Shown here in pieces: positions 18,020-28,582 of a stretch of DNA of 64,000 nt. The stretch comes from an uncultured virus (IMG/VR IMGVR_UViG_3300011785_000001). Lineage: Duplodnaviria > Heunggongvirae > Uroviricota > Caudoviricetes. Location: the IMG/VR virus record IMGVR_UViG_3300011785_000001, positions 1 to 64,000 of that record; one strand, given 5' to 3'. The translations under genes and the position numbers were made by a program. Under the pieces are notes generated by a model, which was not told where the DNA came from, made no database searches, and saw only the letters and a program-made list of their open reading frames with translations. Numbering within the stretch: the stretch's first letter is position 1; every line of letters begins with the position of its first letter.

Positions 18020-18611
18020 AGTTTATGAGGTTTATGTTTGTAAGTATAACGGGGAAATAGTTTACATAGGTAAAGGTGTTAAAGGAAGACATAAACACTG
18101 TAAGAGTGGTACAAGTCATGTTTTTGATCTAAATAGGTTGTACTTTACTGGTTTATCAGATTTGCTTACGGTTGAGATTGTTGGTTATTTTGAAAAAGAT
18201 GAAGAAGCCTTGCGGTTAGAGAAGAGCTTAATTCTAAAACATCAACCAAAATTTAACGATGTTTTTGTAGCTAACAGTAGAAATAACACCAGTAGAGATT
18301 CTTTGCGTGTGAGAGGAAAACTTAAAAACAGAAGATTGAATCACAAGAGTTTGAAGAGTGCTGAACTTTACCAAAAACTTGTTGATGAGTTTTTTGATTT
18401 TTACAATTATAGAGATGTTCTCAGTTCTAACTTAACCATCTTATCTCGGAGTAGGTATGGAGAATTGGGTTTTAAGTCTCTAGAGAACTTGTCTAGGTTT
18501 CTTCTTAAAAGTGAGCGTTATTCTGAAAGACATTATTGTAGGTTGTTTGTGGAGGGTTTGAGGGATGAATTAGGTGTCGATCTTTTTGAAATAAAATTAA
18601 AAACCAAATAA
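18012..18611 (+). CDS. GIY-YIG family nuclease
   Basis: YEVY..IVYIGKG..R..H, ALRLEKSLI..PKFN; ATG overlaps the end of the upstream gene. Confidence 0.7.
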   Translation: MSRVYEVYVCKYNGEIVYIGKGVKGRHKHCKSGTSHVFDLNRLYFTGLSDLLTVEIVGYFEKDEEALRLEKSLILKHQPKFNDVFVANSRNNTSRDSLRVRGKLKNRRLNHKSLKSAELYQKLVDEFFDFYNYRDVLSSNLTILSRSRYGELGFKSLENLSRFLLKSERYSERHYCRLFVEGLRDELGVDLFEIKLKTK

Positions 18612-18617
18612 AACCCC

Positions 18618-18647
18618 TTGAGTGTATTCCTGTTTTGGTTTACACTC
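18618..18647 (+). promoter_or_regulatory. Promoter inside an inverted repeat
   Basis: TTGAGT-17-TACACT; GAGTGTA/TACACTC inverted repeat. Confidence 0.5.
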
Positions 18648-18673
18648 TATTTATCAAGTATTAGGAGAAATAA

Positions 18674-20103
18674 ATGAGAGTTTATGTTGCTGTATGCTTT
18701 ACTGAGAATGAAAATACAAACTATTTCGAAGATTTTGATGATGTAATTGGTGTGTATATCTTAAAGAATCATGCAGAGGAAGCTGCTAGGAATTATATGA
18801 ATAAATTACTTGAAGAGACTGGTGTTCATTCAACATATCAGATGTTTGTTAAGGAGATTTAAAATGAAGTTTAAGCGATACTGTGAAGAAGTTGTTCATG
18901 AGTTTATCCGAAGAGGGGTTATTAAGATTGAATACAAAAACAATCAACCTGTTTTCAATTTCGACTTGCTCAGAACACCTCGTATTTCATACTACAACGA
19001 ACCGTTTCGGATGTCTGTAGGTGATGGTGCTTTTATGGTTTATCTAGGTGTTAAGGATGTGGTTTCATTTAATAAAGATGGAAACATTATCACTTTTAAT
19101 GTTAAAGATATTTTGAAATCTTATAAGGAGTTTTAAAATGGTACATAAATTAACACCAGAGTATTTGTTGAAAAACGGTTATATAAAAGTTGGTAGTAAG
19201 TCATATTGTGAATACTGGAAGAGAGGTGATGAAATTATCACTTTAAACACAGGTGAAACTCTATCAGAATACAATCGTGGTTATGAGGATGCTCTTAGAG
19301 CAATTAAAGTTAACCTAGAGCATTTTAAGAAAGATGTCTATAGTATTGAGATGATCTACGAAGGTTGTGATATAGATCGTTACGAAGGTGAGAGTGAGTG
19401 TGAAAAACTCTTGTTTAGTGAGATTTTAGGGGTGAATAAATGATTTCAATATTAATAGCTATTGGTTTAGTTGTAGTTATTTGTGCAATTGTCGGTTTGG
19501 TAGCCTTCTTCCATAAGTTGTTAGATATAGAATTATCTTTAGCACCTTATTCTAAAATTGTGATATGGTCGTATTGGAAATACTTTGTTTTCTGGTGGTG
19601 TATAATCTCTCCTATAGCTTTCTTTATTTCCGGATGCAATACTGAGTTTTTATTTAAATAATTATAAGGAGTTTTAAATGTCTTACGGTAAAATTATACC
19701 AACAAACAAGGTTGTTGATGAGGTTTATGATAAACATGTTAAACACAGTGATAATGGGTTATTAACAAATAAGTTGCAATACAATGTTAAACTTACAGTA
19801 GAGCAAGTTGCAGATATTATCTGTTTGTATATCTATGGAGCACCTGTATTACGTCTTAAAGACGTTTACGATTATAATGTAGATGGTGTGATTCACAGAA
19901 ACAGTTATAGAAACATTAAGATTCCATTCCAAACATCACGTAAGAAGAAGCTTGGTAAGATGGTTTTTACGTATGATAAAGAATTAGTTGAGAATCACTT
20001 TAACTCTTTACCAGAACATCTTAAAGCATTATCTGATGGGGTTATTCGTGAAGATCGTTTGGTGAAAGCTACAAAGATTCTTAAAAGTGAAATGTGGATT
20101 TAA
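18674..20103 (+). CDS. Run of hypothetical ORFs (18674-18862, 18864-19136, 19138-19443, membrane 19440-19661, 19678-20103)
   Basis: Consecutive ORFs with AGGAG-type RBS. Confidence 0.65.
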
Positions 20104-20125
20104 TTAAATATTAAATAGGAGAGTT

Positions 20126-20836
20126 ATGATGGGTGTTAAGGATTATAAGTTTTTAGATGTTAATGATTATCGTGAGGTATTTGTTGTTGGTGACATTCAT
20201 GGTTGCTATTCACTTCTTAAAGAGAAACTTAAAGGGGGAGGTTTCAATGTAAATACAGACTTACTCATCTCTGTAGGGGATTTGGTCGATAGAGGAGGTG
20301 AAAATGAAAAGGTCTTTAACCTACTTAATCAACATTGGTTTACAGCAATTAAAGGGAATCATGAGGACTTTTGCTATAAAGGTTTATACGATTCAACTGT
20401 ACAGTTCTACCACAAGATGTCTAATAACGGCGGTAAGTGGTTTTATGAATTACCGGATGACATTCGAGAGGCTGTTGGTCGTAGAATGAACGATTTACCA
20501 ACTCTACTTGAAGTTGATTTCAAAGGTAAGCGATTTGGCTTTGTTCATGCAGATGTTCCTGTAGAAGATTGGAGTTTGTTGGTAGAGATGGTAATTAACG
20601 AAGACAATGATCTCAATATGGATAGAAGTATTGTTGAATCTTGTTTGTGGGGCCGTAAAGTTGTCTACCTTGATACTTATAACGTTGCAGACATTAAAAG
20701 GGTTTTCTTAGGTCATACAGTTCTACCAAGTATTAAGGATGTTGGAAATTGTACCTTTTTAGATACTGGAGGAGTATTTAAGCAAGAAGGACAACCTTAC
20801 GATTTAAGTATTGTTAAACTTTCGGATTATATTTAG
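20126..20836 (+). CDS. Ser/Thr protein phosphatase (lambda NinI-like metallophosphoesterase)
   Basis: GDIHG, GDLVDRG, GNHE, GHT, LDTG. Confidence 0.92.
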   Translation: MMGVKDYKFLDVNDYREVFVVGDIHGCYSLLKEKLKGGGFNVNTDLLISVGDLVDRGGENEKVFNLLNQHWFTAIKGNHEDFCYKGLYDSTVQFYHKMSNNGGKWFYELPDDIREAVGRRMNDLPTLLEVDFKGKRFGFVHADVPVEDWSLLVEMVINEDNDLNMDRSIVESCLWGRKVVYLDTYNVADIKRVFLGHTVLPSIKDVGNCTFLDTGGVFKQEGQPYDLSIVKLSDYI

Positions 20837-21033
20837 GGGAAATTAAATGTACAAAGTTGGTGATATAGTGATGTTGGTCAAGATACTGGATAGTGAAGAA
20901 CGAGGAAAATTGACAGGTAAAGTACCATTAAAAACTAAAGGTGTTGTTAGTTTTGTTTTTAAAGATAGTGTTGTCGTTGATGGTTATATCTGGTATTTTG
21001 ATGAGATTAAATTGGTTCTTCGTGGAGATTTGA

Positions 21034-21450
21034 ATGTTTGAGTTAGATGAAAATGAAGTTATTAAAGTGTTAACACGTAACAGTATTAAGTGTTTAGTAT
21101 GCAATACCGTTTTGGAGAGTAAGCATCAACATCACTTTGTTGAATGTGGTTGCAAGAACCAAACGTTCAATGACGGGGGTTTGTCGTACAGTCGCGTAGG
21201 AGCCGTTGATTTAGACTTAGTAGAGAATCTATACGAGTATGTTGAGATGACTCGTGGTGAGCATTACAAGCAGCTTGAACAGCAGAAATTAGCTGAACAA
21301 CTCAAGTTACAAGAGCGTATTGATAAAGGTGAAATGATTAACGTTGGGAGTGACATTAATCCTCATTGGGTGAGTAAAGCGGTGTGGGATATTGTTATGA
21401 AGGCTTCTTCTAAGTATTATCCTGAAGCTGATAAACGGAGTAAGAAATGA
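21034..21450 (+). CDS. Hypothetical protein with putative Zn-binding motif
   Basis: IKCLVC..ESKHQHHFVECGC..DGG. Confidence 0.65.
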   Translation: MFELDENEVIKVLTRNSIKCLVCNTVLESKHQHHFVECGCKNQTFNDGGLSYSRVGAVDLDLVENLYEYVEMTRGEHYKQLEQQKLAEQLKLQERIDKGEMINVGSDINPHWVSKAVWDIVMKASSKYYPEADKRSKK

Positions 21451-22019
21451 GAGAGTATTTAAATCCAAACAGACAATCAAAAGAGAAAGTAGAAGTTGAT
21501 AAAGAATTTCTAACAGAGGTTGCTGGATTCTTGTTAGCATCCTCTCGATACTCAGAGGAAGGTAAGTTGCCATACAGCTCCTTTCAACACACATCACACT
21601 ACTTAGCAACGGTGTTAAGTGATATTCTTAATGAACGTATTCGTGGTGTGAATTGTTATGATCTTTATGATAAAGCTGTGAAGCGTTATGAGAATGATCC
21701 TGTTGTGGTAGAGTTTCACAAAGAGCTTGACGATTTGTTTAAATCTTGGGAGGATTGAGTAATGAAAGAGTATTCAAAAGTTATATACGGTAAAAAGTAC
21801 ACAATAAGGAAAGGTATTGTGTATGATTTGCTTGTAGATGATGTATGGGCTAATTCTTCAAACAGTTTGGACAATATTCGCGGAGAGTTATTTGAATCTC
21901 TATTGAATAGGTTATATGAAGTCGGTCTTGGTCAAGTGGTCTTGAAGTTAGAGATCATTGAGTGTTATTATAAGATAGAATTGTTTATAGCTTGTTTTAA
22001 ACAAGAATTGGAGAATTAA
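21447..22019 (+). CDS. Two hypothetical ORFs (21447-21758, 21762-22019)
   Basis: Packed ORFs in the operon. Confidence 0.55.
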
Positions 22020-22490
22020 TTGAAAGTTTATCACAGTAGCAAAGATCATACTTGGGAAACACCTCAAGACTTATTTGACAAGTTGAATAGTGTGTTTAAT
22101 TTTAAAACAGATGTGCGTGCATTATCTGAAACAGCAAAGTGTGATAGATATTTCACACCTGAAGTAGATGGTCTGAAACAAGATTGGACTGATATTTGCT
22201 GGTGTAACCCTCCTTATGGTAGGATGCAAAAAGACTGGATTAAGAAAGCTCGTGATGAAGCATTGAAGAACAACTCAACAATTGTGATGTTGATTCCAGC
22301 TAAACCAGATACAAAGATTTGGCACGATGTAATCTTTGAGGATTCTTCAGCAGTTTGTTTTATTAAAGGTAGATTGCGTTTTGGTAGTGCTAAAGAAAAT
22401 GCACCCTTCCCATCTGCTATTATTGTTTTTGGGAATGTTACGAACAAGCAGATAGAAACATTAAGTAGTTTTGGTCATACAATTAGTTAA
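22020..22490 (+). CDS. Phage DNA N6-adenine methyltransferase (Dam-like)
   Basis: WETPQDLF, DGLKQDW, WCNPPY catalytic motif, GRLRFG..APFPSA. Confidence 0.9.
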   Translation: MKVYHSSKDHTWETPQDLFDKLNSVFNFKTDVRALSETAKCDRYFTPEVDGLKQDWTDICWCNPPYGRMQKDWIKKARDEALKNNSTIVMLIPAKPDTKIWHDVIFEDSSAVCFIKGRLRFGSAKENAPFPSAIIVFGNVTNKQIETLSSFGHTIS

Positions 22491-22502
22491 GGAGAAACAA
22501 TA

Positions 22503-23285
22503 ATGCGTATTCAGAAAGGGAAACTTCGCTTTAACAAGCGAGAGCTGTGGAACTTAGATAAACACCTTGCAAAAGTTATTGTTCAAGGGTTAGAGCAGTT
22601 TAAAACTCTTAATAAACACACCATCCCTCCAACACTAGAAGTTTCGTTTAAAGCACAAGATGGTAAAACAATCTACTACGATTACTCTGAGGAGTATTGT
22701 GAAGAACAATGGCAAGAGTTAATAGATAAGATGATCTTTGCGTTTACAGAGCATCCAACCTATTTTGATATTGAACCTTATGATTTCCACTATGACGACT
22801 TAACAAACCCTGATAAGTTTCCAGAACCAGAATGGGAAGATCACCCTATTTATGGTAAGATTACAGAGTGGAGACAGATTCTAAAAGAGGGTGTTACACA
22901 AGAAGAAGTGGATGCTTGGTGGGAACGTAGTCGAGCTTACGACACTGAGATTAAACGTAAAGTGAATGAGGGCCGAGAGTTATTCATTAAATACTTTGAT
23001 AATTTGTGGGATTAATATTTAACGAAACATTGGGATTAAGAAATGGAAATTAAAGTGCATGAAAAGAGTGGTGATTACTTCACGGTAATTGAGTTGGGGA
23101 AGGTTGATGATACAGATTGGGGAGCAATACACAGTATCTACACTTGTAGTTGTCACTGTACTCACCTTAACACAGATTTAGATAGTTTCATTGAGGTGTA
23201 TGGTGCAATTCCAGATTGTGTTGAAGAGGTTGCAAATAATATGATTGAAGTAATTAACTCTAGAAATTCACACAAAACATATTGA
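22503..23285 (+). CDS. Two hypothetical ORFs (22503-23015, 23043-23285)
   Basis: RBS present; WNLD..LA..W...DKMIFAF..GRELF.KYF.NLWD is a recurrent phage hypothetical pattern. Confidence 0.65.
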
Positions 23286-23320
23286 CACAGATTTAAAACT
23301 TATGTATATTTGTGTCTCTT
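23283..23320 (+). promoter_or_regulatory. Promoter inside a terminator-like hairpin
   Basis: TTGACA-17-TATATT; GACACAGAT/ATTTGTGTC then TCTTT. Confidence 0.7.
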
Positions 23321-23347
23321 TAATATTATCGAACAAAGGATTTAAAA

Positions 23348-23707
23348 ATGTCTAATGTAGTAACAAAAGTAATTGATGTACGTCATAAAGCACCAGATCA
23401 AGCTATTCATGAATTGATGCAAGCTGCTAAAGATGGATTTGCTGTAACAAAGATCGCAACACGATTTAATCACACTCATGTTTATCTTGAAGCAAGTTCT
23501 AAGCAAGTTAGCACCAAACAAGTGTCAACATCTGATGCTGTTGGGGAAATAAGCTCTAAGCAAGCATCTAAAACTGTTGATGAATCTGCTAAAGCAGTAG
23601 AAAAAGAGGAAGTTAAAGCTGAGACAGTAAAACCTGTCGCTAAGAAAACAACAGCTAAAAATACTGCTACCAAGAAAGTTGAACAGGGAGAAAAAGATGC
23701 TGAGTGA
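23348..23707 (+). CDS. Hypothetical protein with Lys/Ala/Thr-rich low-complexity tail
   Basis: SSKQVSTKQVS repeats, KKTTAKNTATKK. Confidence 0.7.
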   Translation: MSNVVTKVIDVRHKAPDQAIHELMQAAKDGFAVTKIATRFNHTHVYLEASSKQVSTKQVSTSDAVGEISSKQASKTVDESAKAVEKEEVKAETVKPVAKKTTAKNTATKKVEQGEKDAE

Positions 23708-23871
23708 TGGTTATGGTTTTGGTAAAGAAGGTTGGGATGGTAAAAAATCTGAAGGTTATAACATCTAAACGGATATAACCCTTTAACAATGGATTGACGT
23801 TAAACATGGAAGTTTATACATAAACAGTTTACTCATGAGTAGTTTAATTTAATATTTTATTTAATTGGAGA

Positions 23872-24171
23872 ATGAAATTGTATAAAGCAGTTGGTGATGG
23901 ATTGGTAGTTGAATACCAAGAACAAGAGAATATGTCTAGTGGTGGTATTGTATTGACAGGGACAGCAATGTCTACACCGCATGATATTGTTCAGAGTAAA
24001 GTGTTAAGTGTTGGTAGCGGTGTTCCACAAAATAGTTTAATTGAAGTTGGTGATATTGTATTGACTTCTAAAGAGGCTTTAGTTAAACTTGATGACAACA
24101 CTCGTAGTGTTAAGTGGACACGAGTTGTTGGGGTGTTAGAAACAAGTTCTAACGGGATTGTTACACAGTAA
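23872..24171 (+). CDS. groES: GroES-like co-chaperonin
   Basis: KAVGDGLVV, SSGGIVL mobile loop, KVLSVGSG, VGDIVL. Confidence 0.8.
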   Translation: MKLYKAVGDGLVVEYQEQENMSSGGIVLTGTAMSTPHDIVQSKVLSVGSGVPQNSLIEVGDIVLTSKEALVKLDDNTRSVKWTRVVGVLETSSNGIVTQ

Positions 24172-24596
24172 CAATTGTTAAATAAGTAGTTTTAAGTAAA
24201 GTCACATTCTGTGACACATATGTATATAGTGGAGAAGTAAAATGGTTTCAGTATTAAAAATTGGTAATTTAGAGTTGAATATGGGTAATGTGTCTCATAC
24301 ATTAGGTTTACCAAAAACATCTAAAGATTATGATGCTTATTTAAAGTATCTTACGTATCAACAAGTTTTTGAGAAACGTAAGTAAGTTTAAAATAGGAGA
24401 AATAAATGTTAAACGTAAATGATTTTAAAAACATAAAGAGTACAAAAGAAAATCGTCTTAAACTTCTATCTTTGTTGAATGATAAAGAAAAGCAAATGTT
24501 TAAGAACTTTGTTAAGAGTGTAGGTGTTTAATTAATATTGAGGTGTGATGCTGTGAAGTGTTGCACCTCTTTTTGTATGTGGTTAAGGAGAAATAA

Positions 24597-25319
24597 ATGA
24601 GTATTGGTTGGATTTGCACTTATGATTACTTTGATGGTATTCACAAGGTAAAACACAAAGAAACAGGCGTAGAAACTTTTGTTGAGCTTGACATTGCAAG
24701 TGTATTCGTTGATGAGATGTACTATATTATTGATTGTAAGACAGGGGAAACTATTCAAGTTGATGAATACGATCATATCACACACTATATAAACGGTAAC
24801 TACAGTGAGTGTAGTGAGCATGAAGGTGTCTGGTTGTTTGATNNNNNNNNNNAAAGTTGCTGAAGATGTTTACCAATACAATAGTAATGAAGAGTTTAAT
24901 TGTTTAAAGCAACTTCTTAACGCTGGTGAATACCGACAGTGGAAATTTAGTGATGATAATGAACCAAATCAAGGATTATTTATTCTGATCACAGAGTATG
25001 ATTCTGAATATGGTGACACTTACTATTACTATAAAACAATTGAAAGAGATTTTATTAAGAGTTTAAGTTGGAGTATTAAATGAATAGAAAACAAAAGAAG
25101 CTTAAAAGACTTAAAGCAACATTCCACAAGGTTCATTGCAATTGGTTGAAAGGTGGTAATCCAAGAAAGTTTAGAAAGAAAACTTTTAGAGGGGTTCTTT
25201 CATCAAAAGGTATTCGAGTTAGTCGAAGAAAGCTCAGAGAGTTGAGTGATCGTACAATGGATGCTTACAAAAGTGGAGAATATTTAAAGTGGAAGAAAGA
25301 AGATTTTGTTGAGCTGTAA
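24597..25319 (+). CDS. Hypothetical ORFs, first broken by N gap 24843-24852; basic ORF 25080-25319
   Basis: RBS present; assembly gap. Confidence 0.5.
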
Positions 25320-25592
25320 GGAGAAAACCTAATGGGTATGTTTGTATTTTTATTTAGTATGCTAATGTTTGTGTTATTAGCTGTTCTAGGGACATTGTGG
25401 TGTATTGTCCCTTTGTTAACAATGATCTTAGGGTGTTACCTTGTTGTCTATGTTGATGATAATTATATCCCATCTAAAGGTGAGAAATAATTGTGTTAAA
25501 TAGTTGTTAAACTGTCACTCAATGTATTGACAATGATTCACAATTCAAGTATGTTTAGTATTCATTTATTATAAAGTGTATGGAGATGTTTA

Positions 25593-26423
25593 GTGTCATC
25601 ATTAACAAATCGAGAGTTTAAAGAATACGAGAAGTTAAGTCGTAAAGCAAGTTTTTCTAAGTTGTCGGACACAGAGCAACGTAGGTTAGATAAGTTGGAA
25701 AGTATGCGTAATGTAGACCCTACCGATTACGTTGCTAAGAATCCGAATGAGAAATACCGTCTAGGTGATTTTAAACCTCGTGGTAAACAACAACTATTGG
25801 TCAATGAGATTGATCGTTATCAGGGTGTAGTAGTTCAAGGAAGCTCAGGCGTTGGGAAATCAAGTTGTGTCGTATGGAAGGCTTTAAGTTTACTAGGAAC
25901 TAAGTATCGTCACATTGTGTTCATTAAAAATCCAACTGAAGCGGGGGATGACTCCATCGGATTTCTAACGGGTGATAAAGATTCAAAATTGGAATCTCAC
26001 TTTGATTCTATGCGTGGTGTGTTCTTAAACTTTATGTCTAAGGAGAAATTAGTCTCAGACGAGAAGAATGGGAATATTAAATTTTCAATTCCGAATTTCA
26101 TGCTTGGATGCACCATATCTTCAAGTTTTGTAATTCTCGATGAAAGTCAAACTTACTCCCCTCAAACGATGAAACTTTTACTTGAGAGGATTGACGATAC
26201 TTGTTGCGTATGTATTCTTGGAGACAAATCGCAAGCCTATTCAGTTAAAAAACGTAAAGATGGTTTTACTGATTTTATCAACAGAATTACAGATGTTGAA
26301 GTGGTAGATGGTAAAGAAGTTAGGTACAGTGTAGAGCCTTTATTTACTTACATTGAATTAACATCATCGGAGAATCAGCGGGGTGAGTTGAGTAAGCGGA
26401 TTACTGAGCTTTATAATGGTTAA
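25593..26423 (+). CDS. phoH: PhoH-family ATPase
   Basis: GSSGVGKS, IGFLTGD, ILDESQ, LLERI, LGDKSQ, RGELS. Confidence 0.88.
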   Translation: MSSLTNREFKEYEKLSRKASFSKLSDTEQRRLDKLESMRNVDPTDYVAKNPNEKYRLGDFKPRGKQQLLVNEIDRYQGVVVQGSSGVGKSSCVVWKALSLLGTKYRHIVFIKNPTEAGDDSIGFLTGDKDSKLESHFDSMRGVFLNFMSKEKLVSDEKNGNIKFSIPNFMLGCTISSSFVILDESQTYSPQTMKLLLERIDDTCCVCILGDKSQAYSVKKRKDGFTDFINRITDVEVVDGKEVRYSVEPLFTYIELTSSENQRGELSKRITELYNG

Positions 26424-26461
26424 AATTTGAGGTCAAAAGACCTCCTTTTAGGAGTTTAACA

Positions 26462-26930
26462 ATGACACAAGACGAAAAAGACTTTAATGACTACTACAAC
26501 GCTGTTGTCGCATTAGCTGTAGAAGCTGGTTTTAATGCTAAGTTTATTGAATATTATAAACTCGATATTAAAGATTATTACTATGATGGTTTAACACCTC
26601 AAGATTGTTTTGAGAAAGAGTTTTATATTGATGATGATTTAGAGCTTAAATCAATTTTATATTAAGGAGAGTGTTTTGAAACTGTATAAGACATATTCAG
26701 ATGATGACGGTCATATATATTTGATCCCAAAAGACGAGTTCGATAAATTCCTTGAAGATTTAGAGGATTTGGAAAATGCTGTAGATTGTTCTAGTGATTA
26801 TGAAACTGATGAACAAGAAGATTATTACTGGAACAATGTTGCTCTACGAGATGACCATTTTAACAAGTATGAAAGACTTGAGGGTGAAGAACATTACATT
26901 ATTTTGGAATCAGATTTAGGAGAAATTTAA
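26462..26930 (+). CDS. Two small acidic hypothetical ORFs (26462-26665, 26676-26930)
   Basis: AGGAG RBS. Confidence 0.6.
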
Positions 26931-27670
26931 TGGAAAATGAAGAACAAAAGTACCCAAATATCATGACATCGCCTCTTGGTGGAACTCATTACATTGTAAA
27001 TATTTCACAAGTGTTTGGAGATGCTTACACATTTGATGAAGTGATATATGTTTTAGGTATTACAACACCAGATGATATTGTAACATTTAAAATTAATTCA
27101 GATGGTGGTAATCTATTCACCTTGATTGCATTGAAGAATGCTATTGGTATGTCACAAGCACGTATTCGTATGGAATTGCTAGGTATGGCTGCATCTGCTG
27201 GTAGTGCATTATTTCTTACAGAAGCTCATGAGTATGTTGTTGGTGAAGATAGTTGTATGATGATTCACAATATGATTTGTGGAGTCGGCTATGATGATAC
27301 CCATAAAATTGTAACTCGTGCAGAGCACAACAAGAAGATTAATGATCGTTTTGTTAGAAACACGTATTTGAATTTTTTAACTTCTGAGGAAGTGGATTCT
27401 GTCATCATGGGGAAAGAAATCTACTTAGAGGATTTTGAAATCAAAGAACGACTACAAAAACGTGAAGAAATGAAAGCACAACAGATGCAACAAGATTTTG
27501 AAAACAGTGTTAATTCTGAACCAGACCTCTCACAATTCTCTGTAGAAGAACTTGAAGAAGAGATTCAGTTGTGTAAGGAAGATATTAAAGCTTATCAAAA
27601 GGAAGTTAAATCTCGTACCTCGATTCATTCACGTAAGTCTAAAGGAGATGCTGTTGGTGTGGGAAATTGA
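26930..27670 (+). CDS. ClpP-like protease subunit
   Basis: INSDGG, GMAASAGS catalytic Ser, MMIH. Confidence 0.85.
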   Translation: MENEEQKYPNIMTSPLGGTHYIVNISQVFGDAYTFDEVIYVLGITTPDDIVTFKINSDGGNLFTLIALKNAIGMSQARIRMELLGMAASAGSALFLTEAHEYVVGEDSCMMIHNMICGVGYDDTHKIVTRAEHNKKINDRFVRNTYLNFLTSEEVDSVIMGKEIYLEDFEIKERLQKREEMKAQQMQQDFENSVNSEPDLSQFSVEELEEEIQLCKEDIKAYQKEVKSRTSIHSRKSKGDAVGVGN

Positions 27671-27986
27671 TAGATTATTACTTGCTGAAATTATTAGACT
27701 GAAGAACATGAACAAATCTTTAGGTCAGAAGGTTAAATATTATGATGAGATGCTATCGTTAAAAGTTAGATTAACTATGGAGCAACAGAAATATTTATCA
27801 TCAACTGGTGGAGTAACTAACAAGGAGATGTTTAACAGTTGTTCTAAAGATTTATTGGATCACCTAGAATACTTAAGAGATTATGAAAGTCGTTCAAATG
27901 TTCTGAATCTGCCTAAAATTATTAAATTGAATGGTAGAAAGATAATGACGTTGCGAAATACGATTCAGGTTATTAAGGAGAAATAA
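27648..27986 (+). CDS. Hypothetical protein
   Basis: ATG at 27648 after AAAGGAG. Confidence 0.5.
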   Translation: MLLVWEIDRLLLAEIIRLKNMNKSLGQKVKYYDEMLSLKVRLTMEQQKYLSSTGGVTNKEMFNSCSKDLLDHLEYLRDYESRSNVLNLPKIIKLNGRKIMTLRNTIQVIKEK

Positions 27987-28582
27987 TGTTCACAGCACTA
28001 GCAATTAAAAACTTTGCTGGTAGTGTGTTATCTTTTCTATGGGAATATAAATGGAGCATCCTTGTTGGTGCTCTGTTAACATTCCTATGGATTAGAGGTA
28101 ATAACTACAAACAAGATTACGAAGCTGAAGCTACTGCACACGTAAAAACTGTGCTAGAATACAATCAACAGATTAACAACATTCGTGTAGCTAATGAGCA
28201 AGCTCTACGTGTTGCACAGGAAGAATCAGCAGCTAACTACAAAGAGCTTGTTGAGAAAACCCAATCTATTCAGGAGAAATACAATGAACGTAACAAAGAC
28301 ATTGATGCTACTATTACTAAGCTTAACTCTAGTAACAACAGCTTGCAGCAAACAATCGCAGAATACACCAAACGTAATTCCAATTCCGGTGAAAGTAGCT
28401 TGCGAGATTCCACCAATGCCACAAGTTTATTCATCATCAGTGGACTACTTGGAGAGTGTATTGAAAGAAAACAATACTATGGAACAGAAGCTGACAAGCT
28501 CAACAACAGTGTCAACACCCTAATAGAATGGGGGAACCTTGTTATTGAAAGTAATAAAACTAGGACAAAAGAAGGTAGGTAG
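27986..28582 (+). CDS. Inner-membrane spanin (Rz-like)
   Basis: N-terminal TM segment then coiled coil; contains an embedded lipoprotein ORF. Confidence 0.8.
   Translation: MFTALAIKNFAGSVLSFLWEYKWSILVGALLTFLWIRGNNYKQDYEAEATAHVKTVLEYNQQINNIRVANEQALRVAQEESAANYKELVEKTQSIQEKYNERNKDIDATITKLNSSNNSLQQTIAEYTKRNSNSGESSLRDSTNATSLFIISGLLGECIERKQYYGTEADKLNNSVNTLIEWGNLVIESNKTRTKEGR
28284..28523 (+). CDS. Outer-membrane lipoprotein spanin (Rz1-like), embedded in +1 frame
   Basis: AGGAG RBS, MNVTKTLMLLLLSLTLVTTAC lipobox, Pro-rich segment. Confidence 0.8.
   Translation: MNVTKTLMLLLLSLTLVTTACSKQSQNTPNVIPIPVKVACEIPPMPQVYSSSVDYLESVLKENNTMEQKLTSSTTVSTP

Noticed and set aside
24805..24863. Possible programmed frameshift between ORFs 24597 and 24805
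   Set aside because: The junction is the N gap at 24843-24852
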